A stretch of 63,899 nucleotides of DNA, filler included, from Cercozoa sp. M6MM (Eukaryota; Protista; Endomyxa: Ascetosporea), in the NCBI GenBank assembly GCA_040357565.1. It is 10 parts of 10 records of this genome, joined end to end, with 100 filler letters (N's around TTAATTAATTAA, not from the genome) between each part and the next. Parts side by side here need not be neighbours in the genome. Positions count along the whole stretch, not along the records: positions 6,818 to 14,677 come from JBDODJ010000590.1; positions 14,778 to 18,431 come from JBDODJ010001368.1; positions 18,532 to 25,274 come from JBDODJ010000700.1; positions 25,375 to 31,595 come from JBDODJ010000768.1; 6 more parts are not named here. The stretch is one strand, 5' to 3'. The notes beneath the pieces are model-generated. The model saw nothing but the letters and a program-made list of their open reading frames with translations, ran no database searches and was not told where the DNA came from. The position numbers and the translations under genes are program-made. Positions 11,587 through 28,898 of this stretch are shown piece by piece (position 1 is the first letter of the stretch; the number at the start of each line of letters is the position of its first letter).

Positions 11587-13202
11587 GTGTGTGTGTGTGG
11601 TACATACAATACTGTACCGTGAAACAGAGACACAGAGACGTTCGATGAGTGCACACCACTGATACATGGCCTTGAGTCCATCTTGTTTGAACTGCCGACT
11701 CAGCACGGCACTGAGACCGAACTCTGTGGATCCACCGACATCATACATACCCTCCTCGCAAAACACAGAAACAAGAGCGTACTGTTGAAGGAGTAGACGA
11801 GATAGCATACGAGCAGTGGGATGGTGTATTGCCACAGCGACAGAGTGATGCGCACCTTCTCCAGCACCGTGTAGGACCGGCGCACGTTTGCGTGTCCAGA
11901 ACTCGGTCCCTCCAGGTCGACAACTACTACCTCACCATCACTACCAATGGCATCGATGTCTTGATCGCTCACGACACTAACGCACTCCTTGACATCGCTT
12001 GGCAGTCCGGGCAGGAGCGACCATGCCACGGCAAAGAATAGCGGCACCCAAGCCACCAGCAGCATGCCAACGGACGGGTTGATGCCGGAGTGCATCGCGA
12101 AGGCAGAGTAGGCAGCACCCAGCAAACCCGCCACTCCCATACCACTACAGTAGACACATATGTTTCGACATGTCTCCAGTGTCAGAGAAACAGTTGTTTA
12201 CCTCGTGTACGAGTTTGTGTGTCGCTTTGTGTACAGACCCGAGTAGGACAGACTGGCCCATAAATGTACAAACAGGTACACTCTAAGAATCAAAGCTGCC
12301 AAACCCAAAGTCTGCCGTACCAAGTGATTTCGCCCATCGCTGTTCCTAGTGAGGTCATGACAAACCACAGGAACACTAGGTGTCCGTGCCAGACTGAGTC
12401 GCACACCCACTTCAGCGCCAGCGGCAGCGTCAGGCACAGCGTCGCCAGTGCCACTCGCAGTCGACTACACGAAAAGCACAATGACGGAGAGGGTGGGAAG
12501 GGAGGAGGTTAGTACTAGGGCATATAAGGTTCCAAAGTAGGCCACGAAGCCTTCAACACGAGTTGTGGGCCGTTGAACTGTTCATTGGAGAGTAAGGACG
12601 GACACAGTGCAACTGCCTGCTGTACCAGAATCGCCGCCAGACCGGTGCGCCCAGGAAATAAATCAGGAGCAAGACTCTACGAACAACGACACCCCTCAAA
12701 AGGTAACTCGGTACTATTCAGCCAAACAGACCAATAGAACATTCTGCGCAAACTGGTTCGTGCTGCCGCACACAAAAAAACAGAGCAGACTGCGTCCCCA
12801 AGCTAATTTATACGATAGATTTACCAAATAAAGCTGTCAATAAATGTGCGTGACTGAATATTGAAAGGGCAACTTACACCCGTGGGACTTTAGTTCTGTC
12901 GTAACAGACATTTCGCGGCGCTCCTCTATGCTGATGGCACCGAGCTCTTCTCCTTTGTTTGGAAGGTGAATACTCAGTGCCCCCTGCAGCACTCAGCAAG
13001 TTAAAGCAACTTCAGGGTTGCAGTTGCGGTGGATTCAGTCTACCTTTGGGAATTCAGGCATGCCGGCGATGACATTATCTTCAGTGACGAAGGTGTATGT
13101 GTCTGTCTGCGTGTCTAGCGTTCGCTTCTCGAAACCTGCCTCACCCTCGAGCTCGCAGTCACTGTTTTCAGCAACACGAGACCGTGACGCATTTTCTGGC
13201 AT
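10963..13202 (-). CDS. CLN3: Battenin/CLN3 (Btn1) lysosomal MFS-like transporter
   Basis: TSLGTAMGEIT, SSGMGVAGLLGA, LWQYTIPLL, VGTLHGAIYSNAF and multiple hydrophobic segments. The start codon is tentative. Confidence 0.75.
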
Positions 13203-14121
13203 TCTTGCTGCTGCGCGACAGAGAACGTGGGTGCTCGTAGACACTTTGCAATCGAACACACGAAGATGACGCGGCACACCAGCGTTAACACAGCGAAAGC
13301 AGTCATCCTTTTGTTTAAATCTGGGCGTGCGCGTAATTTCGGCCTTTGACGTGAGGGATGCGTGCCTGCAAGTACAGTGCTCGGAAATGTACGACACAAC
13401 CGTACGAGTACATAACTGCTCGCTCGGCACGTGCCATATGCTGCATCTGAGAGCATTCATTAGCTTTTAGCCGACTGGGTGGACTTGACATGTTCCCGCC
13501 GCCGTCGTGCTGATGAATTGTCGTATTGTAACGAGCAAACGAACCGATTTCATTATGATACGGCGTACAAGCAAGCAACCGAAACGCAACTTTGATACTA
13601 CACACTTTCAGTTGTCATTGCTCTTGCCCGCCCGCGTAAAAGGTCATAATCTGAGACTAAAGAGAAGTTTAAGAGTGTTTTGGCTTGGTATACCTTGCTC
13701 TGAGACTGAGTACTGACTCAGTGGATTGCCGTTGCTGTAGATTTTGCCTGGAAAGTCCTTGCAGAGAAGCAGAAAGCTCCGCCACGGCTCAGCCTGGTCA
13801 GTTAGCTCATTGACTGGTTTCCATTCCACTCACTTCGTCGTGTGTTCACAGGCGGAGTTTTAGTTAAACGCTTTACGACCAAGGACGTCTTCCTTCTTGA
13901 GACCCTGTGGGTGTTTCTTTCACCTTCAGTTCTAACGTTGACTCAACTGAGTGACGACCGACTTATCTAACTGAATGATTTATTTAGTCTCTCCTTTCCC
14001 TTACTGATTGGGCCATTGACCGGACGTGAGCCGCAGTAACAACTTTGAGTTCGAGGAAGACCGGCGACAGCAGTTGCGTACGTAGAGACGGTGGAGTCCA
14101 AGTCGGCCTGAGTGGCTAGTT

Positions 14122-14613
14122 TTACAGCTGCGCGGCGAGGATCGGCACATCAGCGATAGTTGTGCTGGCATCGCCCGTCATCTGCAGGTTGTAGACACCA
14201 CATGAATAAATAACAGACAAGTAAATAAATTTAAAAAAAAATAAAAGAAATAAAAAAAAAATAAAAAACAAATAAATTAAAATAAAAAATACATATATGC
14301 ATAGTATGGGTATGCAGGAAAGGTTACCTGCGGACGACCACGACGGCGGAAGCGAGCGATGTGACGCAGCAACTCGCGCAGGTTGGCCTGAGGATCATAG
14401 CATACAGCTCAGTGTAACCTCCGACTGCGAGACAAGGTACCTCAGAGTCGAACGGCGCCTGCAAACGCACGCCCTTGTCACCGCTGGCAGTGCGTGCAGG
14501 CGACAGCACCTACCGCGCATACTCACATACTACCGGGGGGGTATGGCTGGGCGTACCTGTAGCGAATGACGCAGCACATGGAAGGCGCAGCCTAGCGTAT
14601 CCTTGCTGGCAGC
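14122..14613 (-). CDS. Hypothetical protein, last four exons (5'-partial)
   Basis: In-phase GT-AG exons AASKDTLGCAFHVLRHSLQ|VLSP...FDSE|ANLRELLRHIARF...|MTGD...AAQL*. Confidence 0.55.
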
Positions 14614-14624
14614 CTGCACAATGC

Positions 14625-14677
<53 letters not shown>

Positions 14678-14815
14678 NNNNNNNNNNNNNNNNNNNNNNN
14701 NNNNNNNNNNNNNNNNNNNNNTTAATTAATTAANNNNNNNNNNNNNNNNNNNNNNNNNNNNNNNNNNNNNNNNNNNNTTCCATATTACCCTTTACCCCCC
14801 CCTCTTTGTCCTCAG

Positions 14816-18340
<3,525 letters not shown>

Positions 18341-18531
18341 GTACTGCTTTCGGCTTCTTTACCCCCCTGTTTACCCCCCTTACCCCCCTTACCCCCCTTA
18401 CCCCCCTGTTTACCCCCCTGTTTACCCCCCANNNNNNNNNNNNNNNNNNNNNNNNNNNNNNNNNNNNNNNNNNNNTTAATTAATTAANNNNNNNNNNNNN
18501 NNNNNNNNNNNNNNNNNNNNNNNNNNNNNNN

Positions 18532-21500
18532 TAGATGAATATGCGTACACACATGTTCGAAACTGACCATTTGAACCTCTCGCAGCAGTCTTCCTAGCGT
18601 GCGCATGCACTGTCGCGTATCAGCAAAGCTCGACAGTGTGCCACCCAACTTTGTCATCGCCTGTTTGCGCAGTTCTGCGCTGATGTTGATCGACTCTTCC
18701 GACTCAAACTGCAGAAATCGGCGCTTCAGTTCGCGCAGCTCCTTTAGTGTGCACAACCTCAGAGGGTTGAACAAATCCCCGTCGCAGTCGATGTATTCCG
18801 ACAGCAGCTTCCGCAGCATGTGCCGCAGATTGAAAGCAGCCTCCCAAAACAGAACGTTCTCCGCCACGTGTCGCTTCTGACTCATCCAGTCAGTAAATTA
18901 CGAATAGTTTCTCCAGTCAGCGTTTAATTTACCTTGCAGAACTGCAGCAAAAAGTACCGCGTGATCTTGTTGCGCAGCAAATTCTCAACAGAGGCGACAT
19001 CTGTAAAATTGGTTTCGTTGTCTTTCTCCGCATCAAGCGTGTCTTCGAACTTTAAGAACTCAGCGGCGCGGAAGCGCAGAAGTCGGGGTATCGACTCACG
19101 CAGGTGAATGTACAAGACTCGCATTGGCACTAATAGTTGCACACTCGCCACGATCAGGGCGGCGATCATCAAGAGGATTCGGCCTCTCTCCACCTCGTCG
19201 GTGTCGCTCGATGCGCTTAGTTGGAAAATCAACGCAAAGATACCGATGAGGTAGGCCAGCATGACTCCACTAGAAATGCAAATTGCCCAAGCATGCCACC
19301 CACAGGCACGTGCTAAATATATTCACGAATTGAATTTTGTTCTCCTGCTGCGCCGGGAAGCTGAAGTTTGGGTTATACCTTTTAATGCAAAGCCCACGAC
19401 GAAGGGCCAAGGCAGTGCACAGACCCCAAGCACTGACACCACGAGACCTTCCATGTTGCTGTAGCATTCAAAATGAGGCAGTTTGACTACTCGACTCGAC
19501 GACAGTAGATGTGTCGTCTCCATACTTAAAAGCTCCCACGTCGGCAAAGTGATAGCAAGCAGCAAGAGTCCGATAGTTGCAACCGCGAGCAACAAAAACA
19601 ATCCAATGCGCTGCCCGTCGGAGCAGCGAACTAGCCACGAATGCACATTTGTCTGGTCGTTTTGGCACCTGCAGTAGCTGCAAACACGCGTCAAACAGAC
19701 AGTTGTATGCAAAACGGTACACTGGAAAGAGAGCAAATGTGGGTTAAAGTTACAGATCGGTGATAATAAGACACGCCGCAAAGGCGAGAACGGTGGAGCC
19801 AGTCGCCAGCGAAATCAAGAAGAACTTGCATTGCAGTACATTCGCTCGCCCGAGTACAGTGATTGCATGCAGAAACAGTAAGCATGCACCTAAAACAGTG
19901 AAATATCAGGAGAAATTGTGACTGCATGTTCCGGTCCGTACCGATCGCAGAGAGCGCAACTCGTGTCAAAAGACGTTGTTTGCAACGATTCTAAATTTAG
20001 AAATCCGATGAAAGGGGTAGATTGACTGCCACGTAAGATAATCTCAGCTCACCAAAAACCAGGCAAAGATCTGCGCTTTGATTTCAAAGCGTTTGTACAC
20101 ATCCACTCTATCGGCGTCTGCTATCTGATCACTGGTGAGCGTTTCACACACTTCGTCGGTCGACGTGGATTGGTCGTGCAGGTCAAGTCGCTTCAGTTCG
20201 GTTTCGGCTTGTTGGATTCGCGAAGACATGAAGTAAACTAAAACAGCGGAGTTAGAAGCACAGCAACACCGAACAACAGTGCACAGCTGTTTACCTGGCA
20301 CAGTGTTCATCACGGCAATGGCCACAGCCACGAGAAATGAAACGACTGCCATGGAGATTGACAACACGAAAAACACTCGACCAGTGGTTGAATTTCGGGG
20401 TATGAAACTGCAGCCTACTTCTACCAATGAAAGCTCCTAAGTAGTAGCAAGAACAAATAGATGCTTTGATGGTACCAGCGGCGTCCAAAAGGGACGGATT
20501 CGTGACTTCACACAAATTGGTGGCCCAAGCGAATTCGACAACCCGCCTGGGAGGAGACGAGTCACACTTGTCAGTGTAGTTGTAGGTTACACTTTCGCAC
20601 GGTAGCAGACGTGCATCGTAGGGAATAACATCGTGCAATCCGTTGCTATACACGACTGAAGGAGACAACTCCACAACTGACGTGTCACGACGCCACCAAC
20701 CGACTTCCTTGTCAAAGGTCTCGTTGACTTGCAGCATTGCAAAGGAGTAAGGTCGAGTGCAGGTTGCATCCAAGTGAAATTGGTTCAGCTTCGTTTTCTT
20801 CAGATTTTGGAGAACTGCAGTTCCATTTGAAAGCTGAAAGAAGTAGCTTAGGTCAGCACATTTGTCAGCTGTACGAACTGTGACAAACTGAACTTACAGC
20901 TTCCTGAATTCGACGTAAATGTTCCTGCAATAACAAAAAGGTTCGTGATACTAAGAATGCTAAATTTTAAAATACCTGTTTCGAAGAATCGTCTAGCAAC
21001 CGCCATTCATCGAGTGACACTGTCGGAACGGATGTGTTCTCCGAGAGCACGTGCCTCGCGGCGACAAAGCTGGCCGTTGCCGAGTGATACCACAACAAGG
21101 CGTCCTCTCCATCAATATCACTGTCGTCATCAAGTGATACAGTCGCATTGCCAAGTACGGATTTTAATGAGGAGGTCACGTTCTCCTTGGCATCTTTGAA
21201 GAAGGAGTCATAGCGAACTGTCAGGTCGGTTTCATTGTAGTCGGGAACAGGGACTGAAAACAACGAAGTATGACCAAAGCAAAGTATGCCAGGAGGTACA
21301 ATTGTAAATTACCCACGGAAAATGTTCCATTCTGTTTTCCGAGTATGCAATCTCGGTTGAATTCAAACATGCGAGCAAGTTGGGACCACATCGATGTTCC
21401 AATCCAACTCCAGTCGCTTCCAATGCCCATCATCTCTCTTTCGGTCGCTCGTTGCAAGAGTTCAAAGCTATTTACAATTTACACACGCGTAACAAACCTC

Positions 21501-22665
21501 AACGAGTTCTGCTGGCATATTACCCGAGCGTAGCATCAAAGATGAGTGCAACAACGACACGAACGTCCGAACCGCCCAGCAGAGTCAATCCACTGTCAAT
21601 CGTTCTTGTGTCTTCGATGATCGTCGTGCTACCTACTCAGGATCAATATTAATCTACTCAAAAAAAAAAAAAAAAAAAAAAGAAATTGAGCCTACCGACT
21701 TCAAAGCCTCTTGCAGAAGCCGCAATGGCTGGCAAGAAAGCATAGCTGATACCCTACACTCAATTGTCCCAAGAACTAATACCCATGTCTGCCTTCAGTC
21801 GAGCTCCAAGCCCGTGAGTCGCTATGATTGAAACACGTCTCCAGCCGATTTTCTACAATTAGAAGCGTTGCACCTGTTGACCCAGATAACCGGTATTGAA
21901 AACTCCCCCAAAGACAAATAGATACCTCGATAAAATCTAGAGTTGCGTTTATGAGCATTGTAGGCGTTGGGGAAGCGGAACACAGAAAGGGATTATTCTT
22001 TCTGTTGCTGAGTCGATGCGAATTCGCACGAGGGGAGAACAACACCTAAAGCGTATGTTTCAATTGTACTTCAATTCAGTTTAAATTTTACTTCAATTCA
22101 GTTGAAGTTTACCTTGTTGAAGATGTTACTCAGCAGGGAAGCTCCCTCGGTGAGCTCGTTTGAGTTTGGTCCCAATAACGACACGATCGTCTGGTCTCGA
22201 AACGGTGCCAGGGATATCGTTATTCTGAATGGAAACATAGGAGGCTTTCAACTGAAGGTGATGAATCCCCTCTTTATGGAGCAGAGGTTTTACATGTCAG
22301 ATGTATTGATGTCGCCACGCAGAGGATACACGTCCTTCGACGCCAATACAGTGTTTCCAGAAACGAAGGATGTTTAAGCGGAACCTTACCACACAGACGT
22401 CGAAAACGCGCGTCGATAGTTTGTTGAATTCATCGACGGCGAGTTTCAGAGCAACCATGTCGTGCAAAGCGCTCACCTCGACAAGAGCAGCGAATCTCAC
22501 AACTGGCAACCTTGTTGAGTTCAGCGACACTCCAAATTGCATTGCAGGCACGGCCATGGTTGTTGCAGACTCTGTAAGTCTCGTCGACGGTGCGTCTTGG
22601 AAATAAGCAAAGCAAGACACGTTGTGGATCAAAGTGCCTCCGCGCGGATCCTCGAGGAAATACAT
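18532..22665 (-). CDS. Venus-flytrap (ANF_receptor/PBP-I) ectodomain-7TM-RGS receptor (3'-partial)
   Basis: VFT motifs FAALV..ALKLAVDEFN, IVSLLGPNSNELTEGASLLSNIFNK|VLFSPRANSHRLSN, KIGWRRVSII, WSWIG and EVGWW. Then a Cys linker, several TM helices, and RGS motifs LLRNKITRYFLLQFCK|KRHVAENVLFWEA...ESEESINISAELR. Confidence 0.82.
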
Positions 22666-22878
22666 CCCTCAGTAAATACATCCCTCATGTAATCGATGCT
22701 TTGTCTGCTGTCGCTCATGATGTAGCAGGGTGGCACTGTACATACTTGTATAATTTTTAGAAATATTATCATTTTTGACAACCGAAAAAATACTGTGCTG
22801 TGAGGTGCAGCGACTCGACCCTCTGTGTGCGTGAGCGCGTGCTCCTTTAGACTCATTGCGTGTGGCGCGCTATGAAGC

Positions 22879-23536
22879 ATGGACGAAGCCCTCATAGCCG
22901 ATGAAGATCGCGAGCCGGACGTAAAAGAGAATATGATGCAGCACAGCTTTTGTTTTCAGTGTGACGTTGTTGTGTGCTTTGTGTCCAGTGGCTGCGGTTC
23001 TTCGGAGGTGCGCGCGATGCAGAGGTGCTCTCAAGTTTCGTGGGGTCGAAATGCAGCTGCAGTCACTGGGCTTGTTGTTGCAGAGCATACACGAGCGTCT
23101 GTCGACAGTGTTCTTTGTGGATGACGAGGACTGGCGTGTGTGGCTCGATTCACTTGAGATTGAGCAGAAACGACTGCGTTTGAGGTGCCAGAAAAACATC
23201 TTTCTGTGTTTTTTAACTGTCGCTCTTTGCGTTCAGTCGGTCGCGAAAGGCGCTATTCGAACGAGAAACGCCGTTGGAAAGTTTGAACGCTGTCGATCGA
23301 CTTGGTAGTTTATGCACACTCTTTACCTTTTNNNNNNNNNNNNNNNNNNNNNNNNNNNNNNNNNNNNNNNNNNNNNNNNNNNNNNNNNNNNNNNNNNNNN
23401 NNNNNNNNNNNNNNNNNNNNNNNNNNNNNNNCCCCCCCCCCGTTGGACAGGTGCAGATGTGCTGAGACTGCCGGAATTCGCGTGCGATCGACCAGACGCT
23501 CCAGTTGCGAAACGCCGCCGTTTGCACGGGTACGCT

Positions 23537-23599
<63 letters not shown>

Positions 23600-24019
23600 C
23601 GTTTTGAATGACCTTTGTGCCGTTGTTTAGACCGGTGAACAACCTGCTGAACGTGCGCACATTCAACATGGACCACGACTTTGTTCGATTCGACAAAGTG
23701 CGGCCTGACTACTACTTGGTATTTTGTATGTAAATATACACATATATATATATATATTTATGTATATATATTTATTGTTGTATGGTTATTGTTGTATGAT
23801 ATTTATATAAACGTGTGTTTATATATATATATATATATGCATAACAATCGTAGTCAGACAGTGAAGACGAAAATTCGCTCTCGCTGCGTGTCGCTTCGGC
23901 CTTGATTTCGCACGACCCTGATGAGTACATACTTGTGGACCATACATATGTATATATATTTATCTTTATATATATATGAATGTAGATATAGATATATATA
24001 TATATATCTATATGAATGT

Positions 24020-24058
<39 letters not shown>

Positions 24059-25260
24059 TGTAGATATAGATATCGAGATATCGATATAGATATAGATATA
24101 GATATAGGTGTAAGGATATGTATACAGGGACGCCCACCCGTACGGACTGTCGCGCAACGGCCGCGAGGTTTTGGACATTGTCGCCGATGATGCCGCCATC
24201 ATCGAGAACTACGACGGCGCCGTCGGTACTGTCTGTCTCTATGTATGCACATACATTTGTATCTTAGTACATGTACTTTCAATGTCTATAGTATGCACGT
24301 CTATGTGTCTAAATGTATACATCTTGCATATTTATATATTATATATATATATGTATCCTCTGTATGTGTAAGTATAAACCTAAGTAGATAACACGGAGAT
24401 ATATCATGCCTATAGATGTTATTATGTAATAAACATATATCTATTTCTAGAGTATATATGTATATGTATATATATATAAGTGCGTATCTTATGTATATGA
24501 GTGTGCGTGCGTATGTATATGTATATATAAACATGTATGTGTATAGTCTAAAATACATTCCTCTATATGTTTATATATACATGGACAGTGCCTGAAGTGC
24601 CACAGTCGAAGCAGGTGCCGTCAATTTCCTCCGACAGAACGAACCAAACGAATCCGAAAAATGCCAAAACGAATCAGCGTGAACGCATTTTGGCTGCTTT
24701 TGCATCTTCTGGTAGTTTTACCCCCCCCCCCCCACCCCCACACCCTCTTTCACCCCTCTGTTTACCCTCTGTTTACCCCCTATTTACCCCCCTGTTTACC
24801 CCCTATTTACCCCTGTTTATCCCTTGCCCCAAAGGTCTGAACGTGCTGTCGGACCTGAGTATTCGAGATGCGCAAAATCAGCGCTGCTGGAGTGAGTTGT
24901 ACGACGCCTCTTCGGACTCCTCCTGTCACGAGTCTTGCAGGTACACCAGCCCTGTTCACCCCCCTGTTTTCCCCTTTGTTTACTCCCTCCCCAACCCCCT
25001 CCCCCCAGTGAGACAGACGAGACGGAGAGAAACGACAGCGCGGATGACCTCAATTTGATGCAGCGTTTCTTGCACCCTGTAGCCAGTGCTTTCGTGCCGC
25101 CCACTCTGCCGACAGTGTCACGGTGCCGCTTTTCTGGGGGGGGGTTAAGGGTAGGAGTGAGAGGGTGTGCGCAGTGAGACCCTGCAGCAGTACCCGTTGC
25201 CAGTGTTGAGTCGCGAGGACGACGAAGTCGCCATTGCGCTGCGCGACCTGCAGAAGAAGG
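22879..25260 (+). CDS. Hypothetical multi-exon protein (3'-partial), weak resemblance to ADA3/TADA3
   Basis: Series of GT-AG exons, an NLS-like KRRRL, and [15 protein letters not shown] resembling the ADA3 DEVLAELR segment. The family call is weak. Confidence 0.35.
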
Positions 25261-26229
25261 TACACTGCGAGTTTNNNNNNNNNNNNNNNNNNNNNNNNNN
25301 NNNNNNNNNNNNNNNNNNTTAATTAATTAANNNNNNNNNNNNNNNNNNNNNNNNNNNNNNNNNNNNNNNNNNNNAAACACTCAAAAGAAGGTTGTGTGTG
25401 AGAGAGGACCGGAGTGGCCTCAGAAGTTGCGCCGCTCTCCGACCTGCCGGTGGCGTGCCCGCACAATAATTATACAGCATGATCGGTGATCGGGCTTGTA
25501 AAACTGTACTGTGCTGGTTGTTTGAACCGAAATTTTGAGAGACTTAAATGTGCGTCCTCATGCGTGTCGGATATATTTAGTACTTGTATTGTTTTGTGTT
25601 GTTTAAACCTTTAACTGTCAAAAATGACAGCATGGATCTTTGAAACGCCGATTTGATTCACGATGAGAAACGTCGGTGTGCTGGTACACTCACACGACAT
25701 AGAATTTTCCTGCTCATATGTCTTTGAATGTAGACACGGGGACCCGAGCTCCTTCCAGTGAAACAAGCGCTGCGAATGCCGAAATGAATCCACGAGCAGA
25801 CGACGAAGACGACACCTCTTCTACTGATGGCGAGGAATGTGCAATGTAAACTTACAGACTTCACGAACAGAACCCACACACTGCATCGTATTTCTCAAAC
25901 ACTATCAACAGCTGTCGACACGCAATGCCCGAACATGATGCTGCGCCGGACGTTGCCACTCTGGAGTGCGGTCATCGCTTCCACCAGCCCTGCATTGACC
26001 ATGTAATTTAAGTGCAGAAACAGGGTGGATTTTGGTGCATCTGCTGTACTGCATGAACGTAAACTCAGTGGTTAAGCGGCGCTGAGACGTGTCCCATTTG
26101 TCGACGTCGCATCCGAGATCTCCCAATCGGCGCCCGTCGCCATGTTGTGAGTGGACCTACTAATCCCCTACTGTACGTATGTGTCTACATGCATAAACTG
26201 GGACGGATAGCTTAAACATTTCCAGCCAG

Positions 26230-27430
26230 CGGCAAACCCGCTGCTCCAGGGAAACGCGATATTGTTGCGACTGGGACGAAATTTGGACGGAGCAGAGATA
26301 CACCGCTTGCAGCTGACTCCGGTGTCGCGAGTGTTGCTGTTCTTGAGCTTAGCCATGGTCTCCTTGTTCGGAGCCTACCTGGCTGTTGCTCCCATGATTG
26401 CCTTGCTTGTGGGCACGACAAGCAGTTGTCGCGGCGACGTCAGTGTCCGCGCCGACTTTTTCCTGATTGTATCTTTTCGTTTAGTCTGACTGGTAGACAC
26501 AGTTTGCTAGCTCCTGTAAATTTAGATGAGCGGGGTCGTGTTGCTTGTGTTTTGGGGATCAACGGGACGCTGGCCATGCTATCACTTTAACTGGTGTCAG
26601 TCACCAATGTAACCACAGTGTTACTGTATCTATGAGATGGATTACTCTGCCCTGGCGGTACTGTAGCCTGACGAGAGTCAGAGCGACGATCGCAGGCGTC
26701 AGTGGGATCTTCCAGTACCCTTGGTTCGCTGTTGGAGCACAGTCGATTCTTCGCGTAATCAGCATTCACCTTTGGCTCCAACACAACGATACATGTACTG
26801 TATCTTTACTAAAATTCACTGACATGCAAGACAGTCTGGGGCGAAAGATGAGCACGACTGCGACGAGACGACGTGGAACTTTGCTGTGGGCTATATCGTG
26901 GCCTTTTGGGTACTCGCGGGAGCGGCAGTTTCCTTTGTGACCATCACGGTCGCGTACATTCTTTGTTGTGGACTACGCACGATCGAGCCGGATCTAGAGG
27001 ATCAACGACAAGCTTTAAACGAAGCTAACGAGCCACAGAACAACGAGCAACAGCGCGGGGTCGATATCAATGTGGCCCATGACAACAACGACAATGCGCG
27101 AAATCCGAGTAGCGACAGCGAGGTCAATAGTCTCAGTGGCAACAGTACTGGAACTCGTGTGATCGATGGGACAGTCGTTGAGAACGTCGAATCGCTCTCA
27201 AGCGGTGACGCTGTGCATGCATCTTTGACTATTGGTAAACTGATGTTTACCCTTCAGGAAATTAAGTGAAGACTATCAATATCACACTGTTACTTTGGCA
27301 TCGATACAACTGAGGTTTCTGAGCAGTCTCCGTCGCTGCGACTCCGTCGACACCCGACAGTACGCGGACACCTTTACTCCCGAGGCTTCGTGTCGAAGAT
27401 TTTCCGCCTCACGGGCCCCGCGTATCGATG
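26230..27430 (+). CDS. Hypothetical multi-pass membrane protein
   Basis: Hydrophobic ORF segments VLLFLSLAMVSLFGAYLAVAPMIALLV and YIVAFWVLAGAAVSFVTITVAYILCC, followed by a polar tail. Exon structure is unresolved. Confidence 0.45.
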
Positions 27431-27550
27431 ATCAATGTCGTTTGATTGGTTTGCCCCGGACCCTCCACTGCTTTTAAAAACGTTGTATTATAACTAACAC
27501 TACTCGCATGCCGTGCTACTACGCTCCGGTGCCAACGGCTTAGGTTTGTG

Positions 27551-27637
27551 ATGTCAAGATTACGCATGAATTATGTTCAAGATTACGCATGAAATATGTC
27601 AAGACTACGCACGAATTACGCATGAATTATGTCAAGG
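27551..27637. repeat. Minisatellite, ~22-bp unit ATGTCAAGATTACGCATGAATT, about 3.5 copies
   Basis: Directly visible tandem copies with small variants. Confidence 0.9.
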
Positions 27638-27757
27638 TGTAACGTTTTCTACTATGTGCGATTATGCCGAGCACAACTAAAGCGGCTAAGCTTGCCAAAT
27701 AAAGCTAAATACCGTACGCTGCGAAATTACGGTTCTCGGGCACTTTGAACGACTTCG

Positions 27758-28840
27758 TCAAAGATACGACTCAAAAATCCACGCACTCTGGCTCGTTCCT
27801 GCCCAGACAAGGAAGGTCGAAACTAGTAGAGTACCGTAACACAGAAGTGGCACAAAGTGAGACATTACCTTCTCAGAGAGGGGTCGAAGAGTACTGTGGG
27901 TGCTTACTCCAGCAATATCATTTTCATGCGACTCGTCGTCGATTTGCATGGGAGCCGCCGAGCTCAATGTACTCAGTGTGATGCCACTGTCGCGAAAGGT
28001 TTCGACGTCTTCGTGACGCCTCAAACCCACCCTTTGTTGCACTCGTAGTATCTGCTCATGCTGTGCTTGTTGCGGTTCCATTGGCTGTTGCAGTAGGTGC
28101 GTTGGCTGCTGTTGCTGTTGCTGTGGCAGCAATTGTTGTTGCAGCTGTTGCTGTTGCAAACGCCAAATGTGATGCATTTCTCGCACTGCCTGGAAGTTCC
28201 GCTGCCGGTATTTTAGCTGAGAAACACTCACTCTAACTTTGTGCTCAGGGCTATTTAAGGAATTAAAGTAACGTAAATTACAATAACTTCGTACAGCCGA
28301 CTAACGACTGATTCCGCCTGATACTATGCACTCGTACCAGCAATACTGTGCACACGTCAGTCATTGTCCCACTGTTCAGACCGTCTTACCAACGAATCGT
28401 TGAGACTGCGGACTGAGGTGTTGAATCGGTCGAGCAACTAATTTAAAAGATGAAGCACCACAAACTTGAAGACAGCAGCAACGAACTCACTCATGCAGTA
28501 AAGTACCGTGTTTCCCTCCAAGCACAGTCGGTTGAGTTCTTGTCTCGCCTCAGTGTTGGCTATGTGTAATAAAAGTGAGCAGGAAATGAGGCGGCGCACT
28601 AGTACTCGAACACCTTACGAGGTTCGAACTTTTACCGTACCTTGCAGCAAACCACTGGCCCGTTTTTGCATGAGTTGCAGACGCTGCGATGTGTCATTAT
28701 TGTGAAAACCGGTACCTAAACTCAGCCGGTGGTGGTACCATTGCCACGCTTGCCACGGGAACCTGCCTTGGTGTGTCGACGTCGCTTTCGGATCCTGGGA
28801 CCAGCTTCTGCTTGGTCGTTTGATCAGGCTGCTCCTGTTG

Positions 28841-28898
<58 letters not shown>

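Noticed and set aside
13644-13900. Possible chromodomain/LTR-retrotransposon relic (EWKPVNEL)
   Set aside because: Only a weak short motif interrupted by stops, with no integrase, RT or paired LTR seen.
27551-27637. CRISPR-like array
   Set aside because: Head-to-tail repeats without spacers, no cas genes, and a eukaryotic context.
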